NCBI GenBank assembly: GCA_951406725.2
Contig: OX597818.1
Coordinates: 131,688,001-131,752,000 of the forward strand
Source: Octopus vulgaris
Taxonomy: Eukaryota
Direction of reading: 5' to 3'
Length of the DNA stretch: 64,000 nucleotides
The stretch's first letter is position 1. Every line of letters begins with the position of its first letter. Under the pieces are notes generated by a model, which did no database searches, had not been told where the DNA came from, and saw only the letters and a list, made by a program, of their open reading frames with translations. Made by a program: the position numbers and the translations under genes. This document shows, one piece after another, positions 50,554-64,000 of this stretch.

Positions 50554-50800
50554 ACATATATATATGAATACATACATACAGAATATATATATGTACACAC
50601 ACTCACGATTATGTAATATATATATATATCAAGTGATTTAGTAAACATACAGGAAGTGATAGACATCACAAGTACTACATATACACAGATGCATGTATAT
50701 ACATACACCCACTTATGTGTATGTATATATATACATACAGATTCATATGTGTATATATACATATACACATTCATATGTGTATATATATATACACATTCAC

Positions 50801-50832
<32 letters not shown>

Positions 50833-51409
50833 GCATAGCAGTATGCATATACATACAAACTAAGATATATGCATAGCAGCATGCATATAGATACATACTC
50901 ATAGGAGTGTGTACATATATATATACACACACACACACACACATATATATATACTATATGCATCATAGATCTATATATTATATACATCATATGCATATTA
51001 TATATATCATATATATATCATATATATATATGATATATATATATATATATCATGTATATATTATATATATATTATATATATCATATATATATTATATATA
51101 TCATATATATATTATATATATCATATATATTATATACATTATATATATATTATATATATTATATATATATTACACTTTTACTTGTTTCAGTCTATGTTGG
51201 AGCACCGCATTTAGTTCAGCAACTTGACCCTAGGACTTATTCTTTTTAAGCGTGGTGCTTATTCTATCGGTGTTCCTTTGTCAAACCGCTAAGTTACTGT
51301 GACATAAATACACCAATATATGCCCAAGATGCCACGCAGAGGGACTGAACCCCGAACCATGTGGTTGGTAACCAAGCAATTTACCACACAGTCACTCTTG
51401 AGCCATATG

Positions 51410-51443
<34 letters not shown>

Positions 51444-52509
51444 TATATATTATATATATTATATATATATATACATTATATATAGATATATGCATTATAT
51501 ATATATATTATACACATATATATATATATATTATATATATATTATACACATATATATTATATATATATTATATATATATATATATATATAGATATTATAT
51601 ATCATATATATTAATTATATCGTACATATTATATGTATGATATATAATATATGTATCATGTACTATATACATTATTTATATCATATATTATATAAATATT
51701 AAATATATTTCATATTATATATATTACACACACACATATATGATGGCATATATATATGATACTATACTGAAATGTTTACCTCAGTAACTTCATGTATATG
51801 CGAGGATAATCCTCTACATAAAAAGTCGAGAAGACTTTAGTTATTGCTTATCAAAGTTATGTAAACATTTCTTTTTCTTACAAAGAAGAAAATGCAATTA
51901 GTATATACTTTAGAGCTGTTTAGAATTGACTCAGAGCATGCTGCTCACTTTCGGTAGGACATGGTGACATTTCCAGCACTGTATTAGTGGAATTCACTAG
52001 TAAAGCGGTTAGAATAACTAGTGATACGTGATGGGCCCATCCGATGGACACATGACAGGAATGTTTAGAAAAAACATCCGAAGGACCATTTCCTTGAAAT
52101 GGGGGCACTGTCAGCTAAGTTAACATTGATGAGGACAACCTGTATCTCCAGTATAGAATGCAGACACAGGGATGTTAATGATCAAATATGCATCTATATA
52201 CACAGAGATACCCACTCAAACATATGCATAAATACCCATGTGTGTGTATGTACAAATATGTACATATATATGTTCCACTTACCTATGGATATTTAAACAT
52301 ATGTATAAAAACATACATATACACACACACACACATATATATATACATATATATATGCATAAACTTATATATATATACATACATATATATATATATACAT
52401 ACATATATATATATATACATACATGTATATATATATATACATATATATATATACACATATATATATATCTATATATACACATACATATATATATATATAT
52501 ATGTATATA

Positions 52510-52561
<52 letters not shown>

Positions 52562-52924
52562 TATTTATATATGCATATACATATATATATATATATATAT
52601 GCATATACACATATATACATACAGATATGTACATTGATATACACATATATATACACATATATATATACATACGTATACATACATCTATATATATATACCT
52701 ATACATACTTATATATATATATATATATATATATGTACATATATATACATACATACATACATATGTATACATGTATATATATATACATACATCTATATTT
52801 GTATACATATAAATACATATACAGATATATATATATATACATGTATATATATATACATACATCTATATTTGTATACATATAAATACATATACAGATATAT
52901 ATATATACATATATACATATACAG

Positions 52925-52971
<47 letters not shown>

Positions 52972-53441
52972 ATTGCATAGCAGCATGCATATACATACAC
53001 ACTCATATGTGTGTATATGCATGAGTATATATATACATATATATACGTACATATAGATATACATAAATATATATACATATATTACATATACATATATTCA
53101 TACATAAATATATATACATATATTCATACAAATATACATACACATATACTTACATATATATACATATATATGTACGTACATATATATATATGCATATATA
53201 TATATACATAAGTATATATATATATACACATATATATATTTACATATATACATACATATATAGCTACATATATATGCATGTATTTATACATATATCTATA
53301 TATATAGACATATATATATATACATATATATACATACATACATATATATACATACATATATACACATAGATATATACACACATATACTCATATATACATA
53401 CATTATGTATATGTATATATACTTGCATTATATATATACAT

Positions 53442-53483
<42 letters not shown>

Positions 53484-53886
53484 CATAAATATATACTCCC
53501 ACATATATATACACACATATATATATATACATTCATATGTACATGTATGTGCATACATAGAGATATATGCATATAACTACATATGCATGTATGTATATTT
53601 GTGTATATATATATACATACATATATATATGTATATATATATATATGTATACGTATATAAATAACTTTATACACACATATATGTACATATATCCCTATAT
53701 ATATATTTTTATTTACATACATATAGGCGCAGTAGTGGCTATGTGGTAAGTAGCTTGCTTGCCAACCACATGGTTCCAGGTTCAGTCCTACTACATGGCA
53801 CCTTGGGCAAGTGTCTTCTTCAATAGCCTCAGGCCAACCAAAGCCTTGTGAGTGGATTTGGATGATGGAAACTGAAATGAGGCTGT

Positions 53887-53945
<59 letters not shown>

Positions 53946-54104
53946 TTGTGTGTCCTTGTTTGTCCCACCACAGTCGCTTGACAACCGATGCTGATGTGTT
54001 TACATCCCCATCACCTAGTGGTTCAGCAATAGATACCATTAGGGTAAGTACTAGGCTTACAAATGCAGGTGTCAATTTCTTGAAAACTCTTGTATTATGC
54101 ACTG

Positions 54105-54160
<56 letters not shown>

Positions 54161-54178
54161 GTATGTATGTATATATAT

Positions 54179-54229
<51 letters not shown>

Positions 54230-54245
54230 CGTATATATACATATA

Positions 54246-54282
<37 letters not shown>

Positions 54283-54299
54283 CTATATGTATGTCTATA

Positions 54300-54341
<42 letters not shown>

Positions 54342-55298
54342 CATAAATATACATATACATACATACATACACACACAATCCCAATCCACATCCATGCATT
54401 TTTATACTTCCAAGGTCACCTTTGCTTTTCATCCTTTCAATATGTATAATAATACCAGTCATATACTCTGTGAATCCATTCCATTCTCTCTTGAATTTTG
54501 CCTCTCCCTCCCCCTCACTCCTTCTGTCTTTTTACCTTTCTCTCTCTCTCTCACTCTGTCATCTGTGAATTCCTTTTGCTTGCAGAATCACCTAGATTTT
54601 GGTGCCAGAGCTGTTTCAGGGTGTGACCGCTCACAGTACACCTTTCTAGAGAAACACAGAATTTTTTCATGTGTGTGTTGCTAACAAATTCTCTTCATAG
54701 AAGGGGAATAGGTATGTGCAATGGAGCATAGAAGAGAAGTAAAGATAGGAGAGATATTCTAAGTCATGAATACTTTATCTCTTATACAATAACACACATT
54801 CATATACTAATAAACATACATTTATGTGTAAGTATGCACATTAATAAAAACATATATAAATGCAAGAGATATCCTAGCAATTACATAACACTAATCTTAT
54901 AACACCTAGACATAAATATAATGAAATTTATTGCACATCTTAAGATATCAAGGTAACTCTGATTTGCTCTTAAATCTAAGAAAACAACAACAATAATAAT
55001 AATGATAATGATGATAACTTTTTTATACAATTCAAATAAAATGACGCAGCTGTTTCTTGAAATCCTGAAAAGACAGCATGTCAATAAATATGTAGTGGAA
55101 ATCATTAAAACAAACAACAAACAACATATTTTTGTTAATTTTAATTTATTTTGCAAAAAAAATATTAAGAAATAATGGACAAAAAATAACACTAAAAATA
55201 TACTCACACATGAGTCCTCACTATTCATCATTTTAAATCATGGTCATTCATGAATTAATTGATGACATGTTTATATACTCACACATTACTTTTATTAA

Positions 55299-55365
<67 letters not shown>

Positions 55366-55744
55366 AATCACAAGTACATACATCATCAGTTACCTATACG
55401 CATATCTACATTTATTTATTTATTCCAATGTAGGTTTTCACTGATAGAGACTGCAGTATCTGAATTGCTATACCAAAATATTGCTTGCACATGGAAGTAA
55501 CTTGAAACTTTTGTAAAGTTGTTTTTTTTTGAGAAAAAAATTCACCGAGAAGACTAATAAATACCAAGGAAACAAATACATAGGAAAAATTTAGACAAGG
55601 TTTTCTTATCATTTGTCACAAAATTTATACTTTTAGTTTAAATAATATTTACTAACAGGTTTTTTTTTAAATACACCTACTTTCATTCGAAACGTATACA
55701 TGAGTGTATGTGTGTAACTGTGTGACATATATATATACATATGC

Positions 55745-55785
<41 letters not shown>

Positions 55786-56091
55786 CTACACACACACATA
55801 TATAGATCCACAATGCATATATACTCGTGTGTAGAATATATATATATCCCAATATATCTGTTTATAAATCTATTACATGTATATGCATTTGTGTGAATGC
55901 ATGTGTGTGTGCATATATATATGTGTGTATATATACATACATGTATATATATATGCATATATGTATATATCAATATATATATATATATGAATGCATCAAT
56001 ATGTATGTATAGAGATACAGAGTTTTATATATACTTATACAAACTTATATGCTGATATAGCTAAGCATGAGATTTTAATGCAAATGCAAAT

Positions 56092-56127
<36 letters not shown>

Positions 56128-56457
56128 GCATGTATACAAATTCATTCACATTCACACAGACTAACATTCATTTCGACATATACACACATACAAACGTATT
56201 GGCCTGTACATGAAACTCATACGCATACATTTTGATACAAGCAATATCATAGAAATGTGTTTATACATACATGCTTGAATATATGCAAATATATATATAT
56301 ATACACACACATACATATTATATATATATATATAATACTATAGATATATTAAATCTGTATTACATACATAAACATACACACACATTATACACACTACATA
56401 TACACACACTACATATATACACACTACATATACATACATTCATGTGTATATTTATAA

Positions 56458-56490
<33 letters not shown>

Positions 56491-56986
56491 CATGCCGATA
56501 TATATACACACACATAAAATACATACATATTCACATACACACACACAATTGCATATATGTGTTTGTGTATCCATACATATATAAATACAGTTCTAAATAT
56601 TTGCACATGGATATATTCACACACACATATATATTCATATTCACGTAATTTTTTTGAATATATGCATTAATTCACTAGTGCATGTATTAATTATAATGCA
56701 ACTGATTCAAACACCAGCAGACACACATGTATAATTAATTAAATTCAGATACAGAAAATTTTATACATACATCAATATATTTGCTATATATCAGTTACAA
56801 ATACACATTATAGTCAGTCTCATGTTCATGTATGTGCATATATGTGTGGATATATATAGAGAGAGATATATGTACACATACACATGTGTGTTTGTTTCTA
56901 TACATATATATCTATACATACATATATTACACCCCCACCACATACACACACATATAAATATATGTGTGTATGTGTGTGTGTGTGTA

Positions 56987-57043
<57 letters not shown>

Positions 57044-58908
57044 GTGTGTATATATATATATATATACACGTATATGCCTGTATAGAAGTGTTTTTGAATG
57101 CACAGACAAAAAGAAATTTTTACATTTCATTTCTCTTTAATTGCATAATTTCATCTTTCTAATAAAAAGTTCACTATTTCTTTTATAAGTTCATTATTGT
57201 AAATTTCAGGTATCTTAATTTAAAATGTCCTTCAAATCTATATTTGTGTCTTTCCTAAAATATATCACTTCTCTAATTTATATTTGAAAAGTAATGAAAC
57301 CAATCATATATATTAAAATATAATATTCCAAACTACTGCAGTGGGTTCTGTTTTACTGTTAATTAAAGTGGTGAGATTTTGATTTTTATGTTCTTTCCAG
57401 GCTGGTAGAAAATTCTAGAATGAAATAAATTAAGTTTTTTTTTCTGTTTTTACGCATTTTAACTAGTTTATAACTATTTTAAATTTGTAAAAAAAAAACC
57501 AACAAAAAGACTAACCTTATCTATGTTCCAATCCAATGAAAACTTAACAGAACTTACGTAAGAAAGCTATCCTTTGAATCAATTTCTTTCCTCTACATTA
57601 AATTCAAAGTCAGAAGAGATAGAGAGAGGGAGAGGCTTGTTCTCGAAGGCATATTACACAGTGAAAAACAGGGAGGGAATGAGTTTCAATGGTGTAGTGC
57701 AGTGAAAATTAAATTTCAAGATGGCTGCTAGAAATTTTAAAAGAATTTCAATTCAAAGATTTCAATGAAGATAGTAGGCCCAGTAGCTTTAAATTTTCTC
57801 AGAATGCTTGAAATATAGAATTGAATGACATAGGATAAGTAAATTGGAAGAGACACATGCATAATAAATAGGAAACTTGAATTTTAAAAAGGGGTAAATT
57901 TTGTTTTTTCACAAAATGAAAATTTTTGAGAAAATTTAAATTTTAAAATGTAATCGATTCTTTAATTATCCAAGCATGTATGAGACAAAATAGGACTAGC
58001 TCCAGCTCCAGTTGTGTGGAGGGGGAGGGAGAAATGTAGTTGATGCATTTTTGTTGTAAAATGAGTGTTGAGCTGTGAAAACCTAAAAAAACATTCACAA
58101 TTCTAAAACTAAAATAAATGAATTGTTTTTTTGATTTCTTGTAGAAATACACATGCTTACCATATATGGTATTATATATTAAAATATCTGAATATTTAAT
58201 ATTAACAAGTAAGGTGGAGACAACAGAATTTATCTCAAGAAAATTAGCCATATATTTAGTTACCAAAAATTAATATTAATTTGCATTATTTCATAATAAA
58301 TAATGTGAAAAACAAGTTCCTAATCATATTATTAGACCAATATATTTATGATGTCTTTATAAATTTCAGCATGTTTTATAATTTTCAAACACTTAAGTAT
58401 TGGTTGTAAGCATTTCATCATAATGTAGAATGTACTATATTCAATGAAATAAATGTTACATAATCACCAAATTTCAAAGTAATAAATTTCTTCTGGAAAA
58501 ACACTACATTATTTACAATATAAATTATTCACACTGAAATATTTGTTACATATAAAATGCTATTAGATAAGAGACATCATGATTATACAATCAAATTCAA
58601 AGGAATAAAATATATAGTCATTCTCTTTCAAGTTGGCATACAGCATATAGTACAAAATAAAGGGGTTACAAAATATGTAAATGAATCAATTACAGACACA
58701 TCTCCCATATATTAAGCCAGATGAAAAAAAATTCAGCTAATTTGCTAGATTAGACAGAGTATTCTTAGGAAATTTATTTCGATATTAAGAAAAAGTACAA
58801 TGGTAGATAATAGAATATAAATACCAAATATATCAAAAGTGTATACATGTAAAATACACTTATGAAGTTTACCATCTATATGTATAGATGGTAAACTCAT
58901 ATAGAAAA

Positions 58909-58947
<39 letters not shown>

Positions 58948-59560
58948 AACATGTATAGACACACTATATATACACACATCCAGAAGCATACACACACACA
59001 TATATATATGTATATACATAAATACATGTACATATATATACATATACATAAATATATACTTATATACATACATATACATATATACTTATATACATACATA
59101 TACATATATATGCATATACATGCATGTGTATGTATATACATATATATATGCATATGCATACATATATATACACATATATATAAATACATATACTTATATA
59201 CATATATATACATATACTTATATAACATATATATATACATATACTTATATACATATATATATATACATATACTTATATACATATATATATATACATATAC
59301 TTATATACATATATATATACTTATACACATATATATATACATATACTTATATACATATACATACATATACTTATACATATATACATACATATACTTATAC
59401 ACATATACATACATATACTTATATACATATATTTATATACATATATTTACATATACTTATATACATATATATACATATACTTATATACAAATATATACAT
59501 ATACTTATATATATATATATACATATACTTATATACATATATATATACATATACTTATAT

Positions 59561-59607
<47 letters not shown>

Positions 59608-59611
<4 letters not shown>

Positions 59612-60003
59612 CCATCCACTCATGATTGAGGAAGACCATTGTTGACTTTCATGTGTGCTCTAAGACTAACTTATATTTTGCATTTGCGGCTCCTTTAGTG
59701 GTTAATGAGCCCTGCTCTTGATAAGCATACACGTCTGCAAATATTGCAAACCATACTTTCCCCATTCACTACACCAGTAGTGCACTTTTGAGCAATATGC
59801 TTAAGTTCTTAATGCAGAATACGTGCTCTCTCAAAAGTGTCAACCCCTTAACCTGCTTCCTCCATCTGTGGTGATGACAGACATTGTTCTCTCAGTCAGT
59901 CTTCTGCATATCACAGGCCTTTGATGAGGACTTGGCACAGTCTTTAAATAGCAGCCTTGGTTTCTGCTGAGGTCTCTTGCCATTCACAAGTTCCCCATAT
60001 ATA
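59608..60003 (-). mobile_element. RTE LINE 3' end
   Basis: YGELVNGKRPQQKPRLLFKDCAK and a C2H2-like VCNICRRVCLSRAGLINH, ending in (TA)n. Confidence 0.8.
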
Positions 60004-60009
60004 CATGAA

Positions 60010-60430
60010 TCCTACTATAGTTCATTCTAATGAGGTGTCCAGTCAGACATAATTGTTCCTTCAACCAGCTATCTTATGTGAAGGAGCAACTCTGAAAGTG
60101 GTAGAGAATTTTGTCCACCTGGGCAGCACACTCAGCCATTCTTGATTACTAGATGATAAAATATCTTTCAGGCTGCAGAGGGCAACTTACAACTTTTGGT
60201 ATCTTCAGTCTCATGTCTGGTCCTAGCATGGCATTACAAAGAAAACAAGAATTCCTGTCTACCATGCATGTGTAATGACATCGACTCTATACTCATGTGA
60301 GACATGGACCCATTACAAGCATCATGCAAAGATCCTTGAATTTTGGTTGGAACTTAAAAACTCCAGGCACACAGGTCCAGAGGAAAGCTGATATCTTCAG
60401 TAATGAGGCGATGGTGCAAAGAAGCCATTA
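60010..60430 (+). mobile_element. RTE LINE RT/thumb segment, inverted relative to its neighbours
   Basis: LKVVENFVHLGSTLS..TRIPVYHACVMTSTLYSCETWT..AMVQRSH. Confidence 0.8.
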
Positions 60431-60678
60431 TAAACACACACACACATGCACGCACACATATATATATGTATACATTAAATATATATACACATATATATAT
60501 ACATATATATATATATATACACATTATATATACATATATATATTTGTACATATAATATATATACACATATACATACATTATATACATATATACATATAAA
60601 TACATTATATAATTACATATAAGAATATGTATGTATATGCATATAAATTACATTATACATATATATACAATTATATGT

Positions 60679-60720
<42 letters not shown>

Positions 60721-61093
60721 AAATATATATATATATGAATATATGTATATATCCATATAAATATATATAAGTATATATACATATATATAGATATATATAT
60801 CACATATATGTATATATATACAAATATATATACATATATATATATACATATGTATACATCTATATATATATATATACATATGTATACATCTATGTATATA
60901 TATACATATATATGCATATTATGTATATATATATAAAATATATATATATATATATAAACACAAATATATATATACATATACAAATATATATATATATATA
61001 TATACATATATACATATATACATATATGCAAATATATATATATATATATACATATACGCAAATATATATATATATATATATACATATACGCAA

Positions 61094-61126
<33 letters not shown>

Positions 61127-61626
61127 TATATACGTATATATGTATATATGTATATATACAAATATATATACATACATATATACATATATATATATACATA
61201 CATATATATATACATATATGTATATATGTATATATACAAATAAATATATATATATATATATATACCTATATGTATATATACATATAAGCATATATGTATA
61301 TATACATATATATATATACATATATGCATATATACATATATATATATATACATATATGCATATATACATATATATATATATATACATATAAGCTTTTATG
61401 TATATATACATATATATATATACATATATGTATATATACATATATGTATATATACATATATATATATGTATATATACATATACCAATATGTATATACATA
61501 CGTATATACAAATATGTATACGAATACATATATACATATACATATATATACATAAATGTATCTATGTATACACACACACACACACATATATATATATGAA
61601 TATATATCTATATATACATATATATA

Positions 61627-62020
61627 TTGTTGTTGGCATCCTTCTTTCTCGGGAGACAATGGAGTTGCACATAAACTAATCCAGTCTGGTTTTTACATTT
61701 CATATCCTCTCCAGTTTTGTGCAGTCCTAGGCCAGATGTAAGAAAATCCTCAGTAGCCCAGTCATCAGGATTCCTCTTTCAACCTTGCTGACATAGTCCG
61801 AAGGAGTGCAGAACAATACGTTTGCCACCTGCTTGGTTGCAGGGCCTGCCGGAATAGTGTCCAGTTAAACACTAAACCACCTACAGAGTTCCACTCTGGA
61901 TTTCTTTGAAGGTTGTCTCCTTTCTGTAACCCTGGATAGGGGCCCATACCGGAGCCAACTGAGCCTGGGACACATGTCAGGCAGAGTCGTCACTCCCTGA
62001 AGTAGTAAAGAAGATCCCTA
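61627..62020 (-). mobile_element. Short RTE-related non-autonomous element
   Basis: 3' end GTCTCCCGAGAAAGAAGGATGCC(AAC)n resembles RTE tails. GC-richer block between (TA)n arrays. Confidence 0.45.
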
Positions 62021-62094
62021 CCTATTACCTAAGTATATATATCTATATAAAAATATATATATATATATATGTATATACTTATATATATACACAA

Positions 62095-62125
<31 letters not shown>

Positions 62126-62160
62126 CATGTGTATATATATATATACATATATATATATAA

Positions 62161-62255
<95 letters not shown>

Positions 62256-62469
62256 CATATATATATACATATATATACATGCATACATATATATGTGTGT
62301 GTATAAATATATATATATATATATGTATGTATATATACGTACATATATATATATATGCATACATATATATATGCATGCATATACATATTTATATATATGC
62401 ATACATATATATATGTATATACATATATATATACATACATATATACATATATGCGTGATCTTGGCGAAG

Positions 62470-62910
62470 CTGGATAACTTGGAGAGTGGTTACATGACTT
62501 CCTAAAAGATAGCAGTCAGGCAGTGATCTACCTCAATGAAAATACAAATAGTGAGCGGTGTTCCACAGGGCACTGTCTTGGAACTACTGCTTTTCATAGT
62601 GGTTTTCTCAGATATGCCCACAACTTCCCAGAAAGCTACCCTTGCTAGCTACACAGACGATGTGAAAGCCTCACAGAAAACACAGAACCCCTGCAATGTT
62701 GCACATCTGTAGCAGAAGTTGGACTCAAGTTACAGATGGGCTGTGAATAATAATATGCAGTTTAATGCTCAAAAATTCCAAACCCTGCACTACCAGTATC
62801 CAAAACTGAATATGCAACTTACAGGGTACACTTGACCACAGGGAATTAGAATCCGAGAACCTAAATCAGTGAGGGACATGAGTGATGATACCTCTTTCCA
62901 AGTGCACAAA
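62470..62910 (+). mobile_element. Old CR1/Jockey-group RT fragment
   Basis: SGVPQGTVL.LLLFIV, SYTDDVK, RWAVNNNMQFNAQKFQ. Confidence 0.8.
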
Positions 62911-62914
62911 ATTA

Positions 62915-64000
62915 TGGTAAATAGGGTCGGTGCCAGAATATCCCCTTGTTTTACTACATTTTAGTAGGCTCCGACATTTTACCTCTAACATTAATCTTAA
63001 CTTCCATGACTTCATGAAAAGACCTAACCAAAGCACTTTTCAGGACAAACAAGTTTCTAGAGAACTTTCCACAGTGCATTTCTATTAACGGTATCAAAAG
63101 GCTTTTGTCAGATCAACAAAAACCTGATATAAATCCAAACTTTGTTCCACACACTTCTCCTGAAGCTCTCTAGTTGAAAAGATCACATCAGCAGTGCTGC
63201 ATCCCACATGAAAGCCAGACTGACTTTCTGGAAGAACACAATCTGCAATGTGTTTCAGCAGATGATCCAGACATACCCCTGCATAAAACATCTCCCACGA
63301 CAGAAATCAATGATATTCCTCTATAGTAACCACAATCATTCCTGTTGACCTTTCCCTTATATAAGACCACTACTAGTGTATCTCTCCAGTCCTCAGGTAC
63401 AGATTCACTAGCCCATATCCTGCCAAACAAGAAGTGAAGTTGCTGCAGAAGTTTCTCACCACCTGCTGTAACAACCCTGCATGTATGCCATTCATACCCA
63501 GAGACCTCGCATTATTCATCCTTGAGACAGCCACTGCAACTTCTTCCAGCTTTGGTGGTTCTAGGAGAGCCACCTTCACAGGTAATTCAGGGATGTGATT
63601 GAGAGCATCCTCACTAACTACAGACTGCTGATTCAAAAGTTCATCAAAGTGTTCTCGCCACCTTCGTAGAATTCCTTTACCATCCCTGCTTTGAAGTGGT
63701 GTCATCAGAGAAGAAGTCGGTCCATAAACTTCTCGCAAGAGACCATACAACAGCTTTGTGTTATTGGAATCCGATGCCGCCTGTATCTCATCAGTCTTCT
63801 TACCCCACCACGTATCCCTCATCTGGGAAAGTCTCCACCTCACACGTGATTTCACATCCTTGAGTTCCCTATGCAACACTTCCCTCTCCTATGGATTTGC
63901 TGACAAATACCATGACAAAGTACGTCTTTTATCACCCAATAAATCATCTATATGTTCATCATTTTCTTTAAACCAATGTTGATGTTTTCTTTGTATCAAT
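62915..64000 (-). mobile_element. RTE LINE RT fragment (runs past the window end)
   Basis: HWFKENDE, LRRWREHFDELLN, YRGISLISVVG, ESQSGF..STADVIFSTRELQEKC..FVDLTKAF, VKQGDILAPTLF. Frameshifted. Confidence 0.9.

Larger units (their letters stand above)
48980..62450. repeat. Region dominated by compound (TA)n/(TACA)n/(CA)n microsatellite arrays (also 28140-28600 and 36740-40330)
   Basis: Seen directly. These arrays produce the YIYIY ORFs. Confidence 0.95.

Noticed and set aside
51900-52180. GC-richer unique island as a coding exon (also 48130-48310 and 12450-12530)
   Set aside because: Stops in most frames or no recognisable motif.
3839-54102. Recurring ORFs such as MLGGQTQT.., EDTCPRCH.., HAGAPPLVEQ..
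   Set aside because: Translations of SINE B copies, not a gene family.
28031-62505. Numerous 60-245 aa ORFs rich in YI/HT/CV/LS repeats
   Set aside because: Translations of stop-poor microsatellites, open in several frames on both strands.

Overview
AT-rich, microsatellite-dense animal non-coding DNA. The SINE families and (TA)n/(TACA)n load look like an Octopus genome (my recognition, not a database result). I found no supportable host protein-coding exon, and most short ORFs in the track are microsatellite or SINE artefacts. The main feature is a very young Penelope-like retroelement of Naiad type (17163-23020, minus strand) inserted in (TA)n. It has tandem pseudo-LTRs, a 5' fold-back, RT, a GIY-YIG endonuclease and a variant hammerhead. 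It also has an upstream coiled-coil ORF1 joined to an ATG-less RT frame at an in-register U-UUU-UUA heptamer, which suggests gag-pol-like -1 frameshifting. Around it lie several 190-470 bp (TA)n-embedded modules and long hairpins carrying minimal hammerhead ribozymes (canonical, U3-A8 and other variants), plus one family with a different conserved, non-hammerhead structure. The rest is SINEs of at least five families, CR1-like and RTE LINE fragments, a MULE pseudogene, a mariner fragment, MITEs and satellites.
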